A stretch of DNA of 64,000 bases from Nitrospirota bacterium (GTDB lineage Bacteria > Nitrospirota > UBA9217). Shown here in pieces: positions 52,047 through 63,997 of this stretch. The stretch is taken from NCBI GenBank assembly GCA_963754875.1, contig CAVWHO010000010.1, positions 273,327 to 337,326 on the forward strand. Direction: 5' to 3'. The notes beneath the pieces are model-generated. The model was not told where the DNA came from. It ran no database searches and saw only the letters and a list, made by a program, of their open reading frames with translations. The first letter of the stretch is position 1; each line of letters starts with the position of its first letter. Made by a program: the position numbers and the translations under genes.

Positions 52047-53509
52047 AAATCAATTGCCGACGGATTAGATATGGTAATAATTTTATCGCTGTTGTCGTAA
52101 CCACGTTATTTTTTTTAGTACCTTCTCTTACCGGCATTGCCCATGCAGACTATGCCGAAGACCTGAAAGATAAGACTGCTGATTTTTCCAAAGTTCAAGA
52201 GCCATCTCCCTATGTGATCAAGCCGATCAGCAGGCTTACGATGCAGGATTTTTATTATTCAGATCATGCCGACCGACCTTACTGTTTTGAGAACTCCGAA
52301 GGAAGGTGTCTTGATAAGCAAAATAACTTTTTTACGACTCTTGAAGGAAATGGACAATACAAAAACAGGTTCTATGTTTATTACAAATCAGAGTTAAATG
52401 GGGACGGCCAGTTAAGGCTTAAAAAAGGCTATGGACTGGTCAAAATGGGTATTTGGTCCTTTGAAGCCGGCAAAGACACGATATGGATAGGGCCTGGTTA
52501 CCATAATTCTTTTCTTCTCTCCAACAATGCCGAAGGGATCAATCTCTTCAGGTTAAGGACTGATGAGCCTTTCAGGCTTCCCTGGATATTTTCCAACCTC
52601 GGTGAATTTAAGTATGATATTTTCAGAGGTTTCGCTGACAACTTCAGCATATTAGGACATACTTTGAGTTGGCGGCCAGTACCGTTGCTCGAATTAGGCG
52701 CAAATCAAGTCGTTTATATTCCTCCAGATAAACATTACAGTATTACAGAATATCCACACATATTTTTTTCGAACAGCGAGAATAGTGGCGGAACACAGGC
52801 GACAAACCCCTACAATAATGATCAGAAAGTAAGTCTCGATATCGCTCTTGACATGCCTTTTCTGAACAAAGTATCTCCTTTTGTCAATGGAAGGATATAT
52901 GCTGAGTATGGAGGAAACGATTCTTATGCTATATGGCAGCATGAAGACACGGCAAATATGCGGAAAGAACCGCTGAGAAAAAAATTGATATGGCCATTCC
53001 AATTTGATTTTCTCAACATCGCCTGGCTGTCAGGAGTATTTTTAACTACAGGAGACGTTGATTTCAGGTTTGAATATGCCCAGAATTACACTAGCTACCC
53101 TATTTTTTATGATTTATACAACGAATTGGCTAATTTTAACAGACGGCATGGCTACTGGTATTCGAGTCTCAATACCAACTACGGTATGATCACTGGCGCT
53201 GAAATGGGCAATGATGCAGATGACTATTATTATGAAATTACCATTCGACATAATCCCGGTTCTCTTAAAATCTATTTTGATCAAGAACGCCATGGTTTAT
53301 CGAAAGATATCACCTATCCGCCGGAGAAGAGAGACGAATACGGATTGAGACCGGCTTATCAATTCAAAAATTATACTTTCTTCGCAGATCTCGTATATAA
53401 CCACTATAAAAACGTGAATTTCAGCTCAGATCCCACAGTGATTGATATCCATGCCGGTACGGAACTTGACGAGTTCATAGCCGGACTCGGTGTGGAAGTA
53501 GGTTTTTAA
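52043..53509 (+). CDS. Capsule assembly Wzi-family outer-membrane protein
   Basis: Signal peptide from ATG 52043; GKDTIWIGPGYHNSFLLSNNAE; terminal VGF. Confidence 0.75.
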   Translation: MKINCRRIRYGNNFIAVVVTTLFFLVPSLTGIAHADYAEDLKDKTADFSKVQEPSPYVIKPISRLTMQDFYYSDHADRPYCFENSEGRCLDKQNNFFTTLEGNGQYKNRFYVYYKSELNGDGQLRLKKGYGLVKMGIWSFEAGKDTIWIGPGYHNSFLLSNNAEGINLFRLRTDEPFRLPWIFSNLGEFKYDIFRGFADNFSILGHTLSWRPVPLLELGANQVVYIPPDKHYSITEYPHIFFSNSENSGGTQATNPYNNDQKVSLDIALDMPFLNKVSPFVNGRIYAEYGGNDSYAIWQHEDTANMRKEPLRKKLIWPFQFDFLNIAWLSGVFLTTGDVDFRFEYAQNYTSYPIFYDLYNELANFNRRHGYWYSSLNTNYGMITGAEMGNDADDYYYEITIRHNPGSLKIYFDQERHGLSKDITYPPEKRDEYGLRPAYQFKNYTFFADLVYNHYKNVNFSSDPTVIDIHAGTELDEFIAGLGVEVGF

Positions 53510-53527
53510 ACTCTATCAGTCAATTTC

Positions 53528-54025
53528 GTTTTTCCGGTTTGTGTAGTTTATTTGGTTTGTCTGGTTGTAATAACAGCAAATGGGAGAAAACTACCATGAA
53601 GATAAACCGTTTCGAAGACCTCCAGTGTTGGCAGGAATCACGCAAATTGACGAACATGGTATATAAAGCAATACACAACAGCAAAGCATTCCAATCCGAT
53701 TATCGATTAAAAGACCAAAGCATCGGCGCTGCTGTATCAGTAATGGGTAATATCCCTGAGGGTTTCGTTCGCCGCTCCAATAAAGAGTTCATTCAGTTTT
53801 TATTTATATCGGTAGCGCCGCCGCAGAATTACAATCACACTTCTATGTGGCTCTTGATCAGGGCTATATAAGCCAAGAGGCTTTCGACACTATTTATCAG
53901 CAAACTGAGAAAACAGCCAAGATTATTTCCGGTCTGATAACATATTTACGTAGCAACGTCAAAAAGCCCACACAAGCGAAATAACAAAACAAACCAGACG
54001 AACGACACAAACCAAAAAAACCAAA
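53528..54025. repeat. Inverted nonamer-repeat arms flanking a four-helix-bundle gene
   Basis: GTTTTTCCG/GTTTGTGTA/GTTTATTTG/GTTTGTCTG (53528-53563) and CAAACCAGA/CGAACGACA/CAAACCAAA/AAAACCAAA (53990-54025). Confidence 0.8.
53596..53984 (+). CDS. Four-helix-bundle protein (TIGR02436/23S-IVP/Avd-like), frameshift near 53812
   Basis: MKINRFEDLQCWQ...DQ...AAVSVMGNIPEGF.R.SNKEFIQFL; shifted frame gives SAAELQSHFYVALDQGYI...SGLITYL. Confidence 0.88.
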
Positions 54026-54165
54026 ATCCATCCCCTAAAAATACCCTGCCAAAAGTTATGATTAATCTTTACTTTCCTGGATATTTCTCTTATAATCAAT
54101 AGGTTTGAAATAAAAATATTAATACCTATTCATTGGGACGCTAAACAGTTTATTGCAAATAATTC

Positions 54166-54687
54166 ATGGAACAAGCTTCTTCTAAAGATGCTGCGCACTG
54201 GTATGCAGTGCATGTGAAATCAAGGCATGAATTTCGGGTATACGAGAGATTGACGGGGGCGGGGATCAACACGTTCCTGCCCTCGATGAAACGACTCAGC
54301 AAGTGGAAAGACAGAAACAAGCTCGTCGAATTCCCTCTTTTCCCAGGATATCTCTTCGTTCAAATCGACAAAGGCCACGATTCGCGCATAACCATATTAA
54401 AAACTCAAAGTGTCGTTCGTATTCTTGGCACAGTTACCGGTGAACCGGAACCTGTGCCCGAGGAGCAGATTCAGTCCTTGATGAAGATTATCGATGCCGG
54501 CGTACCTCTTGATCCTTATCCCTATCTTCAGGAAGGTCAAAGAATCAGGATAAAGAGGGGACCCCTTGCAGGCATCGAGGGATTGCTCGTTGAAAAGACC
54601 GGCCAGCAGAAGCTGGTACTATCCATAGACATCCTCAGTCAAAGCACGTCCGTCACCATCCAGGCATCGGAGGTTGAGAGAATATAG
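54166..54687 (+). CDS. UpxY/RfaH-like NusG-paralog transcription antiterminator
   Basis: WYAVHVKSRHE, PLFPGYLFV, KOW motif GQRIRIKRGPLAG. Confidence 0.93.
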   Translation: MEQASSKDAAHWYAVHVKSRHEFRVYERLTGAGINTFLPSMKRLSKWKDRNKLVEFPLFPGYLFVQIDKGHDSRITILKTQSVVRILGTVTGEPEPVPEEQIQSLMKIIDAGVPLDPYPYLQEGQRIRIKRGPLAGIEGLLVEKTGQQKLVLSIDILSQSTSVTIQASEVERI

Positions 54688-54725
54688 ATCAAGTTGCTTT
54701 CGCTTTGTTCTTTTCGAAATACACC

Positions 54726-54782
54726 TTGACACTTGATAATGCTGCATGTACAATGCATTGTTCAAAATTGAACAATGCATTG
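54726..54782 (+). promoter_or_regulatory. sigma70 promoter overlapped by a perfect 15-2-15 palindrome (operator)
   Basis: TTGACA-17-TACAAT (54726-54754); CAATGCATTGTTCAA-AA-TTGAACAATGCATTG (54751-54782). Confidence 0.8.
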
Positions 54783-54831
54783 CTAGGAATCTTTTCCGTA
54801 ACGTTGGAGTTTACACCCAATTCCGAAATTT

Positions 54832-55215
54832 ATGAAGTCCACATTACACAGCACGCAGATATTACGGGATATATCAAAAAACCCAAGCATTTCTCAACGA
54901 GAGCTTGCGTTAAAGAACAATATCAGCCTGGGCAAGGTGAATTATGCGATCAGCGCATTGATCGAAAAAGGGTACATTAAAATACAGAATTTTAAAGGCT
55001 CGAAGAACAAGCGAAACTATATGTACATCCTCACTCCGAAGGGAATGTACGAAAAGACAAAACAGGCGTCTGATTTCTTGAAATGGAAGATGGTAGAGTA
55101 CGAGCGCATCAAGACGGAAATAGCTGAACTGGAAGCGGATATCAATGGACATCAGGAGCATGGCTCGATAGTTCAGCAGCAGGAGACGCAGAACATTTTC
55201 ACAGAAGAGATGTAA
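54832..55215 (+). CDS. MarR-family EPS-associated transcriptional regulator
   Basis: SQRELA...SLGKVNY...L.EKGYIK..NFK.SKNK..Y.YILTPKG. Confidence 0.92.
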   Translation: MKSTLHSTQILRDISKNPSISQRELALKNNISLGKVNYAISALIEKGYIKIQNFKGSKNKRNYMYILTPKGMYEKTKQASDFLKWKMVEYERIKTEIAELEADINGHQEHGSIVQQQETQNIFTEEM

Positions 55216-55491
55216 TGTTAGTGGTTGGAAAGCCCATAGTTCCTTTTGCGTAGCTGCTCGGCTTTTTGTCATGCCGGGATGATAGCCAGATACATTGAGG
55301 ACTCGATAAATTTCGCAAAATTGATAGACCTGTCAGTCAATGTGACTGAGAGGGCGGAGCTGTGTAAACAGGATTTCATACTATTTTTGCTACTCGCAAT
55401 AAGCTTTTAATTGAACCGAGGACCTAACACTCGAAACTACGATCTATCGATAGCGAAAAATTAACTATGACTCATGAACTGCAGTAGTTTT

Positions 55492-56427
55492 ATGGAAAAA
55501 AACTCAAAAATCTACATAGCCGGCATCAATGGCATGGTTGGTTCAGCAATCAAACGGCAGACTGCTATCCGAAGGGTTTACGAACGTCGCGGGACACTCA
55601 TTCAAAAGAGCTGGACCTCACCAATCAGTCCGCGGTAAATGAGTTTTTTCCAAAGAGAAAAACCTGAATACCTGTTCCTGGCTGCCGGCAAAGTAGGCGG
55701 TATATATGCCAATAACACGTATCCCGCGGATTTTATTTACACTAACCTGATTATTGAATGCAATATCATTCACGGCGCATATAAAACAGGCGTGAAAAAA
55801 CTTCTTTTACTGGGGTCATCATGCATCTATCCGAAATATGCGCCACAGCCGATGAAAGAAGAGTATCTTCTCAGCGGTACGCTTGAACCGACCAATGAGC
55901 CCTATGCCGTGGCTAAGATCGCGGGGATCAAAATGTGCGAATCCTACAATCGGCAATATGGGACCGATTTTATTTCCTGCATGCCGACCAACCTTTACGG
56001 GCCGAATGATAACTACGACGCGATGAACTCTCACGTCCTGCCTGCATTGATCCGGAGGTTTCATGAAGCAAAAGTGAATGGAGCACATGAGGTTGTTGTG
56101 TGGGGCACCGGGACAGCGCTGCGTGAGTTTCTTTACGTTGATGATCTGGCCGATGCGTGCTTGTTCCTCATGAACAATTATACGGGGAACGAGACCGTGA
56201 ATGTAGGGTCCGGCATGGAAGTCTCGATTCGTGCATTGGCTGAGACCGTTCAGGAGATCGTGCAGTTCAACGGGAAGCTCGTTTTCGACAACACGAAGCC
56301 CGACGGCACGCCAAGAAAACTGCTGGACACCTCGAAGTTGGCAGGAATGGGGTGGAAGGCGAAGACGCCCCTAAAAGAAGGAATTAAGCTTGCTTACGCG
56401 AATTTCTTAAAAAATGTTGAGTTTTGA
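55492..56427 (+). CDS. fcl: GDP-L-fucose synthase, frameshifts near 55555-55650
   Basis: [20 protein letters not shown] at 55492; ORF 55639 has [31 protein letters not shown]. Confidence 0.92.
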
Positions 56428-56441
56428 GTTTGAAGTTGCGT

Positions 56442-56794
56442 ATGAGGAAATAACCTCGTGAAGATAGATGAGTGGATATTGGATTTAGCGTTACTGATAT
56501 AGAATCATACAGATACTTATGAAAACGGAATCGTTCTCTCGAAACAACTTCTTAGGTCCGGAACATCTATAGGCGCGAATGTTACGAGGCGCAGGCTGCC
56601 AAAGCAAAAAAGATTTTGTCTTCAAGATGGCTATTGCGTCAAAAGAAGCGAGGGAAACCGACTCTGGTTGAGATTACTCGAAGTCGGGTTTTTTAACTGA
56701 TTTCGATAACAAGATAAACGCTTAACATGAAGTAATCGCGATCATAGATATTATAACGAAAATTGTTAAAACATCCCGAAGCAAGTGTCGATAG
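56442..56794 (+). pseudogene. Four-helix-bundle gene with many indels
   Basis: Fragments LSKQLLRSGTSIGANV, SKKDFVFKMAIASKEARET, WLRLL and ITKIVKTS are recognisable but broken by indels. Confidence 0.8.
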
Positions 56795-56857
56795 TGAGTG
56801 TTCGTTCTGATTGAGTCCAAACTGCCAAAAGCCTACTCAAACTCAAAACAGCGTTAT

Positions 56858-57986
56858 ATGGACAAAGGTCATCCAAAACCCAACACCCAACACTCAAAAC
56901 CCAAAACAGCACTTATCACTGGTGTGACCGGCCAGGACGGCGCATATCTTGCCGAGTTCCTGCTCAAAAAAGGCTACGAAGTCCACGGCATCAAGCGCCG
57001 GTCTTCAATGTTTAATACGGACAGGATAGATCATCTGTATCACGATCCGCACGAGAAAAATGTTAAGTTTAAACTGCATTATGGCGATCTGACCGATTCA
57101 ACGAACCTGATACGGATCATTCAGGAAGTGCAGCCTGATGAAATTTACAATTTGGCTGCCCAAAGCCATGTGCACGTGTCCTTTGAAACGCCGGAATATA
57201 CGGCAAACGCCGATGCTATCGGCACGCTCAGGATTCTGGAGGCAATACGGATTCTTGGCCTGACAAAGAAATGCAAGTTCTACCAGGCATCGACTTCAGA
57301 GCTCTACGGTCTGGTACAGGAGACTCCACAGAAAGAAACGACTCCCTTTTATCCGAGGAGCCCCTACGCTTGCGCAAAATTGTACTCCTATTGGATAACG
57401 GTGAATTACCGGGAAGCATACGGAATCTTCGGGTGTAACGGCATTCTTTTCAACCACGAATCTCCTCTTCGCGGTGAAACGTTCGTCACGCAGGAAAATT
57501 ACCAGGGCTGTTGCAAGGATTAAATTGGGATTCCAGGAAAAAATCTATCTCGGCAATATTAACTCGAAAAGAGACTGGGGACATGCAAAGGATTACGTCG
57601 AGGCCCAGTGGATGATCCTGCAGCAAGACAAACCGGAGGACTTTGTAATCGCTACCGGAGAACAACATTCAGTCAAGGAATTTGTGGAAGCTGCTTTCCA
57701 GGAAGTGGGGATGCAGGTGCGGTGGGAAGGGGCGGGCATAGCGGAAAAAGGATACGATAAAATCTCCGGGAAAGTTCTCGTAGAAGTCGATTCTCGTTAT
57801 TTCCGCCCAACGGAAGTTGAGACGCTTCTCGGCGATCCCACCAAGGCCAAAACAAAACTTGGCTGGAAGCCCAAGGTCACGTTCCATGAGTTGGTGTCGG
57901 AAATGGTAAGAGAAGATCTTAAAGAAGCGGAGCGAGATCAATTGTGCAAAAAGGAAGGCTTTCAGGTGATGAATCATCATGAATAG
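56858..57986 (+). CDS. gmd: GDP-mannose 4,6-dehydratase, frameshift near 57490
   Basis: [36 protein letters not shown] | [21 protein letters not shown]. Confidence 0.95.
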
Positions 57987-58072
57987 CTATATGGAAGGCG
58001 AGGAAGAAAAGCTGTAATGCAAAGTAAGAAACACACCTCCAGATACTCAAAGACATCAAGAAGGGAAATCGC

Positions 58073-59712
58073 ATGCAAAAAAAAGTCTCTATGAGCCCCG
58101 ATGGCGTGGAATATCCCTTACCCGGAAAAGAAGAAGAAGCACATGAATTTAAGAGGGTTTCAATGAGCTGCCGCGACGGCGCGAAACAACGGACAAGAGG
58201 TTGTCGTCGTGATGGGAGTCGGTTTTGTCGGTGCAGTGATGGCAGCAATTATTGCCGACTGTGTCGATAAATCGGGTAAGCCGACCAAATTCGTCATAGG
58301 AATGCAGCGTCCTAGTGTGCGCAGCTATTGGAAAATTCCTTTACTAAATCAAGGTGTTTCGCCAGTGAAGGCTGAGGACCCGAACGTCGCTCCCCTGATT
58401 GAACGGTGCGTAAAGGAGAAAAAGACGCTCATGGCGACCTTTACCTACGATGTATTGTCTCTTGCCGACGTCGTCGTCGTCGATGTACAGTGTGACTATA
58501 CAAAAAATGAACTAGGAAATGTCAAGAACGGCCAAGTGGACATGGCCGCCCTCGAAGAGGCCTTTGAAATAATCGCTAACAAAATCAATCCCGACACGCT
58601 TGTGCTGATCGAAACAACAGTCGCACCAGGGACAACGGAACAGGTTGCCTTTCCGATTATGAAAAAAATATTTTCGAAACGAGGTATTCAGTCAGATCCT
58701 CTCTTGCTCATAGTTATGAGCGGGTCATGCCGGGAAAGAATTATGTCTCGTCCATACGTGACTTTTGGCGGGTATGCAGCGGGGTCAATGAACATGGCAA
58801 AAGATAAAGTGGTTAAATTTTTAAAGGAAGTGATCAATACTGACAAATTTCCTTTAACAGTACTTGATCGTCCAATTGAATCTGAGACTGCAAAAATCGT
58901 AGAAAACAGCTATCGCGCAACCATTCTCGCATTCATGGACGAGTGGAGTCTTTTTGCGGAAAGAAACGGTGTCGACATTGTTAAAGTGATCAATGCAGTA
59001 AAAATGAGACCTACGCACAGCAATCTGATGTTCCCTGGACCAGGCATCGGCGGCTATTGTCTTCCTAAAGACGGGGGCTTGGGGGTATGGTCGTATAAAC
59101 ATATTCACGGTTTTGAGGACGATATTTTCCGATATCACTCCGCAAGCAATCGATATTAACGATACCAGGCCACTTCACAGTGCCCAACTTGTACGCGATG
59201 CATTGCGAAATATGAATGTTCCCATTGCTGGAGCTGAAATATTGATTCTCGGCGCATCTTATCGAGAAGATGTTGGTGATACACGTTACAGCGGTTCAGA
59301 AGTTCTCGTCCGGAAGCTTGCGGAAATGGGGGCTGAAATTCGTGTCCATGACCCTTATGTAGATCAATGGTGGGAATTTAAGAATCAAGAAGTATATCCG
59401 AACAGCAGTAAGAGTGTTTTTTTTCGGAATCAGAAAAAACTGAACGACTTACAGGTTCAAAAAGATCTGGGAAAGGCGCTCACCGGCATCGATGCATTAG
59501 TTTTGGCTGTTAGGCACAAAGAGTATCTCAATTTGAAGCCTGATGAAATAGTTCGTTCGGTAGGTAAACCCCTCGCAGTGATTGATTGCTTTGGTATTTT
59601 AGATGATGACAAAATTAAAAGATATCTTGAGTTAGGCTGTGAAGTAAAAGGAATGGGAAGAGGACATATTCGGAGAATAAAGGAATCTATCAAGAAAGAA
59701 AGTGTTGAGTAG
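58073..59712 (+). CDS. Nucleotide-sugar dehydrogenase (UDP-glucose/GDP-mannose dehydrogenase family), several frameshifts
   Basis: ORFs 58073, 58209 and 59113 join: GVGFVG, ETTVAPGTT, PGPGIGGYCLPKD, GASYREDVGD. Confidence 0.85.
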
Positions 59713-59781
59713 ATTCTATGCCAATTACTTGACATCATGCATTCTATGTGCGGAAATCAAATTTTAACAGATGAGGTTGCT

Positions 59782-60819
<1,038 letters not shown>

Positions 60820-60870
60820 CTGTTGCTTATCAATACAAGATTGCAAGTCCAACCCAAAGTAGTCACTCTT

Positions 60871-62664
60871 ATGAAACATAAGACAAGTTCACACCATACC
60901 CGATTGCCAAAATTGCTGGTACGCCTTTTCCAGCACATCAGTCGCCGTCGACGGTACCAGTTCGCAGCGCTACTCGGACTGACGCTGCTTAGCTCCTTGG
61001 CTGAGGTCGTGAGTCTTGGTGCAGTCGTGCCGTTTATCGGCATTCTCACTCAGCCGGAAAAAGTTTTTAACGCACCGCTCATATCAGGCATTGTTCAAAG
61101 ATTGGGTATCTCATCGGCAGCGGATTTGGTGTTGCCCTTGACCGTTGCATTTGCTGTGGCCGCGCTTATTGCCGGCGGATTGCGCATATTGTTACTATGG
61201 ATTAGCATTCGACTTGCAAATGCCACCGGCGCAGATCTCAGTACTGAAGTCTATCGTCGAACTCTCTATCAGCCATATCGCGTACATGTGGCCCGCAGCA
61301 GCAGCGAAATTATCAGTGGAATAACTCAAAAGGTTGCTACTGCCACAAACGTGTTGACTTCTCTAGTCACCGTCATTACATCAGCAGCCCTGTTTATTGC
61401 AATCTTGATAACATTGATCGCTATTGATCCAGTTGTCGCCTCCGTAGCCTTAATCGGTTTTGGAGCCAGTTATGGAATGATTGCCTGGAAAACCCGCCGG
61501 CGACTAGTCCGCAACAGCCAGTCCATTGCGCAACAGCAGACCCAAACTGTTAAAGTGTTGCAGGAAGGTCTAGGGGCTATCCGCGAAGTTCTTTTGGACG
61601 GTACTCAGGCTGTCTACAGTGGCGTTTACCAAAAAAGTATCCAGCTGCTACAACGGGCAACCGGCGAAAACTCATATATTACGCTCGCACCAAGGTATGT
61701 CATGGAGGCGTTGGGTATGGTGTTGATAGGCGTCTTTGCCTACGTTATGAGTCATCAACAGGGCGGGGTAGGCGCGGCACTGCCGGTATTAGGAGCGCTG
61801 GCTTTGGGAGCGGAACGCCTCCTGCCTATTTTGCAACAACTTTACGGCAACTGGACGTTTGTAATCGGGTGCCAAGCTTCATTAGTTGATGTGATTGATT
61901 TGCTTGAGCAACCTCTGCCGGACGATGCCTATCGACCAGCACCTGAACCTCTTTTGTTTCAGGACACAATCACTTTCGACAATTTGAGTTTTCGTTACGG
62001 TGATAACAGCCCTTGGGTCCTTAACGGCATCAATCTCACCATTCCTAAAGGGGCACAGAATCGGTTTCGTGGGCAGCACCGGCAGTGGCAAAAGCACGGC
62101 ACTGGATCTGCTTATGTCTCTACTAGAGCCCACGCAGGGAAGGATTCTTGTGGATGGTCAGCCGATCAGCGGCGAACTTCGAAGGGCATGGCAACGCACC
62201 ATCGCCCATGTGCCGCAAAGCATCTATCTTGGCTGATGCCACCATCGCCGAAAATATCGCCTTTGGCGTGCCGCCAGAGCGAGATCGATCTTGGATCGTG
62301 TCCGACAGGCCGCCTACCAAGCCCAAATTGCCGAATTCATTGAAAGCCGCCCCGAAGGTTATAGCGCCTTTGTAGGCGAACGCGGCATCCGCCTTAGCGG
62401 TGGCCAGCGCCAGCGTATTGGCATTGCCAGAGCGCTTTATAAGCAGGCAACAGTGCTCATTTTCGATGAAGCCACCAGCGCTCTGGACAGCGCCACTGAA
62501 AAAGCGGTAATGAGCGCCATCGAAAATCTCAACCGTGAACTCACCATTCTGATTATTGCGCATCGGCTCACCACACTTCAGCATTGCGACATGATTGTGC
62601 AGCTGGAGCGCGGGCAAATGGTAGCTCAAGGCTCCTTATGATCAATTTAAAAATAGTCCACTAG
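60871..62664 (+). CDS. ABC transporter permease/ATPase (PglK/MsbA-like), frameshifted, 3' end abuts the IS
   Basis: TM domain in ORF 60823; GSTGSGKST in ORF 62000; [16 protein letters not shown] and IAHRL in ORF 62291. Confidence 0.85.
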
Positions 62665-63997
62665 CAGGCCGCTGAAAAAGTGGCCTTTAACATAAAACTT
62701 TCTACTTGGTGATTGATTTTTCTTGGATCGTGATGCCTATGATCGACTTTGTTGCTCATTTAAGATCGCCTTTCGGCCCGTCTATGCGGGATTCCGCTGC
62801 CCGTTTGCTATGTGGCGGCTGCAACTCGTCGTTGGATGTTTGCTATCCGCATCAGGTTATAGGCAGCTCCGACGAACCAGGCTTGAAGATGGGTTCGATC
62901 TCTTCCTTTGTACCGTGTTCTTCTGAAGCCGCCGATGGTCTTGAGCCATCCGAAGATCTCTTCCACTCGTTTTCGGACTCGTTGACTGATTATGTATCCT
63001 TCATGACGGGTGGTGCGACCGTCGATCGCAGAACCGCCTCTTCGCTCGGTGTTGGCCGCTACATGTGGGGTGATCTCTCGGTTCCGCATGGCTTCAATAA
63101 AACCCTGGGTATCGTAGCCCTTGTCAGCTCCAAGGGTGCTGGGCTTCACTCGCTTCCGGGCTTGGCGGGTCAGCATCTCCTTGGCCGCTTCCCGTTCCGC
63201 GTCTCCTGTTGCCGGGGTAACGGTGATGTCGATCAAGAGGCCGTTCCGATTCTCCATCAGGGCATGGGCACCGAAAGAGAGTTTGGCCTCCTTGCCCCTG
63301 CTTTTCTTCATCAAACGGGACTCGGGATCAGTGGTGGAAGCATGAGTCTTGTTCGATCGCTTCTCGCCATGGAAGTTCACCGAGGGGTTTCCCGGATCAT
63401 CGTCAGTCGTCGGCCTGTCAGAAGGGTCTTCGTCCTTGGGACGAAAGCTCTTGAGGCTCGCGCAAGCCTCGATCAGGGTGCCGTCCACGGTAAAGTGATC
63501 ATCCGAGAGCAACCCGTCCTTCCGGGCGATGTTGACCACGCGGTCGAAGAACTTCACCGCAATCCGGTGTTCCAGAAGCCGATCCCTGTTTTTCGTGAAC
63601 GTCGTAGGATCGAACGACGCCTCTTCCAGGTTCATGTCCAAAAACCAGCGAAAGAGGATATTGTAGTCCACCATCTCGCAGAACTGGGTCTCGGAACGAA
63701 CCGAATACAGGGCAATCAGAAGCTGGGACTTGAGGAGCCGCTCCGGTGGAATCGATGGCCGTCCCATCTTGCTGTACATCGAATCAAAGATCGGAGAAAG
63801 CTCGGAAAGAACTGTATCCGCAAGGGCTTTGATCGCTCGCAAGGGATGCTGGATCGGTACCCGCTGTTCAGGAGAAAAGTAACTGAACATCCCGCTCTGA
63901 ATATCGTGTTCACCGCGCATGTGGCCTCCTTGTCAACTGCCGTTGAGCCACTATACGCATTTACATCACATTTGAAAAGGACTTTTTCAGCGTCCTG
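62665..63997 (-). mobile_element. IS5-family insertion sequence (~1.33 kb)
   Basis: 17-bp terminal inverted repeats CAGG(C/A)CGCTGAAAAAGT (16/17); CTAG on the left and CTA at the window edge on the right. Confidence 0.92.
62808..63920 (-). CDS. IS5-family DDE transposase
   Basis: HPLRAI, GRPSIPPERLL, FTVDGTLIEA, GADKGYD, RKRVEEIFGW; GGAGG RBS. Confidence 0.95.
   Translation of the reverse strand: MRGEHDIQSGMFSYFSPEQRVPIQHPLRAIKALADTVLSELSPIFDSMYSKMGRPSIPPERLLKSQLLIALYSVRSETQFCEMVDYNILFRWFLDMNLEEASFDPTTFTKNRDRLLEHRIAVKFFDRVVNIARKDGLLSDDHFTVDGTLIEACASLKSFRPKDEDPSDRPTTDDDPGNPSVNFHGEKRSNKTHASTTDPESRLMKKSRGKEAKLSFGAHALMENRNGLLIDITVTPATGDAEREAAKEMLTRQARKRVKPSTLGADKGYDTQGFIEAMRNREITPHVAANTERRGGSAIDGRTTRHEGYIISQRVRKRVEEIFGWLKTIGGFRRTRYKGRDRTHLQAWFVGAAYNLMRIANIQRRVAAAT

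Noticed and set aside
53596..56794. Diversity-generating retroelement suggested by Avd-like genes
   Set aside because: No reverse transcriptase and no TR/VR pair differing at adenines was seen.
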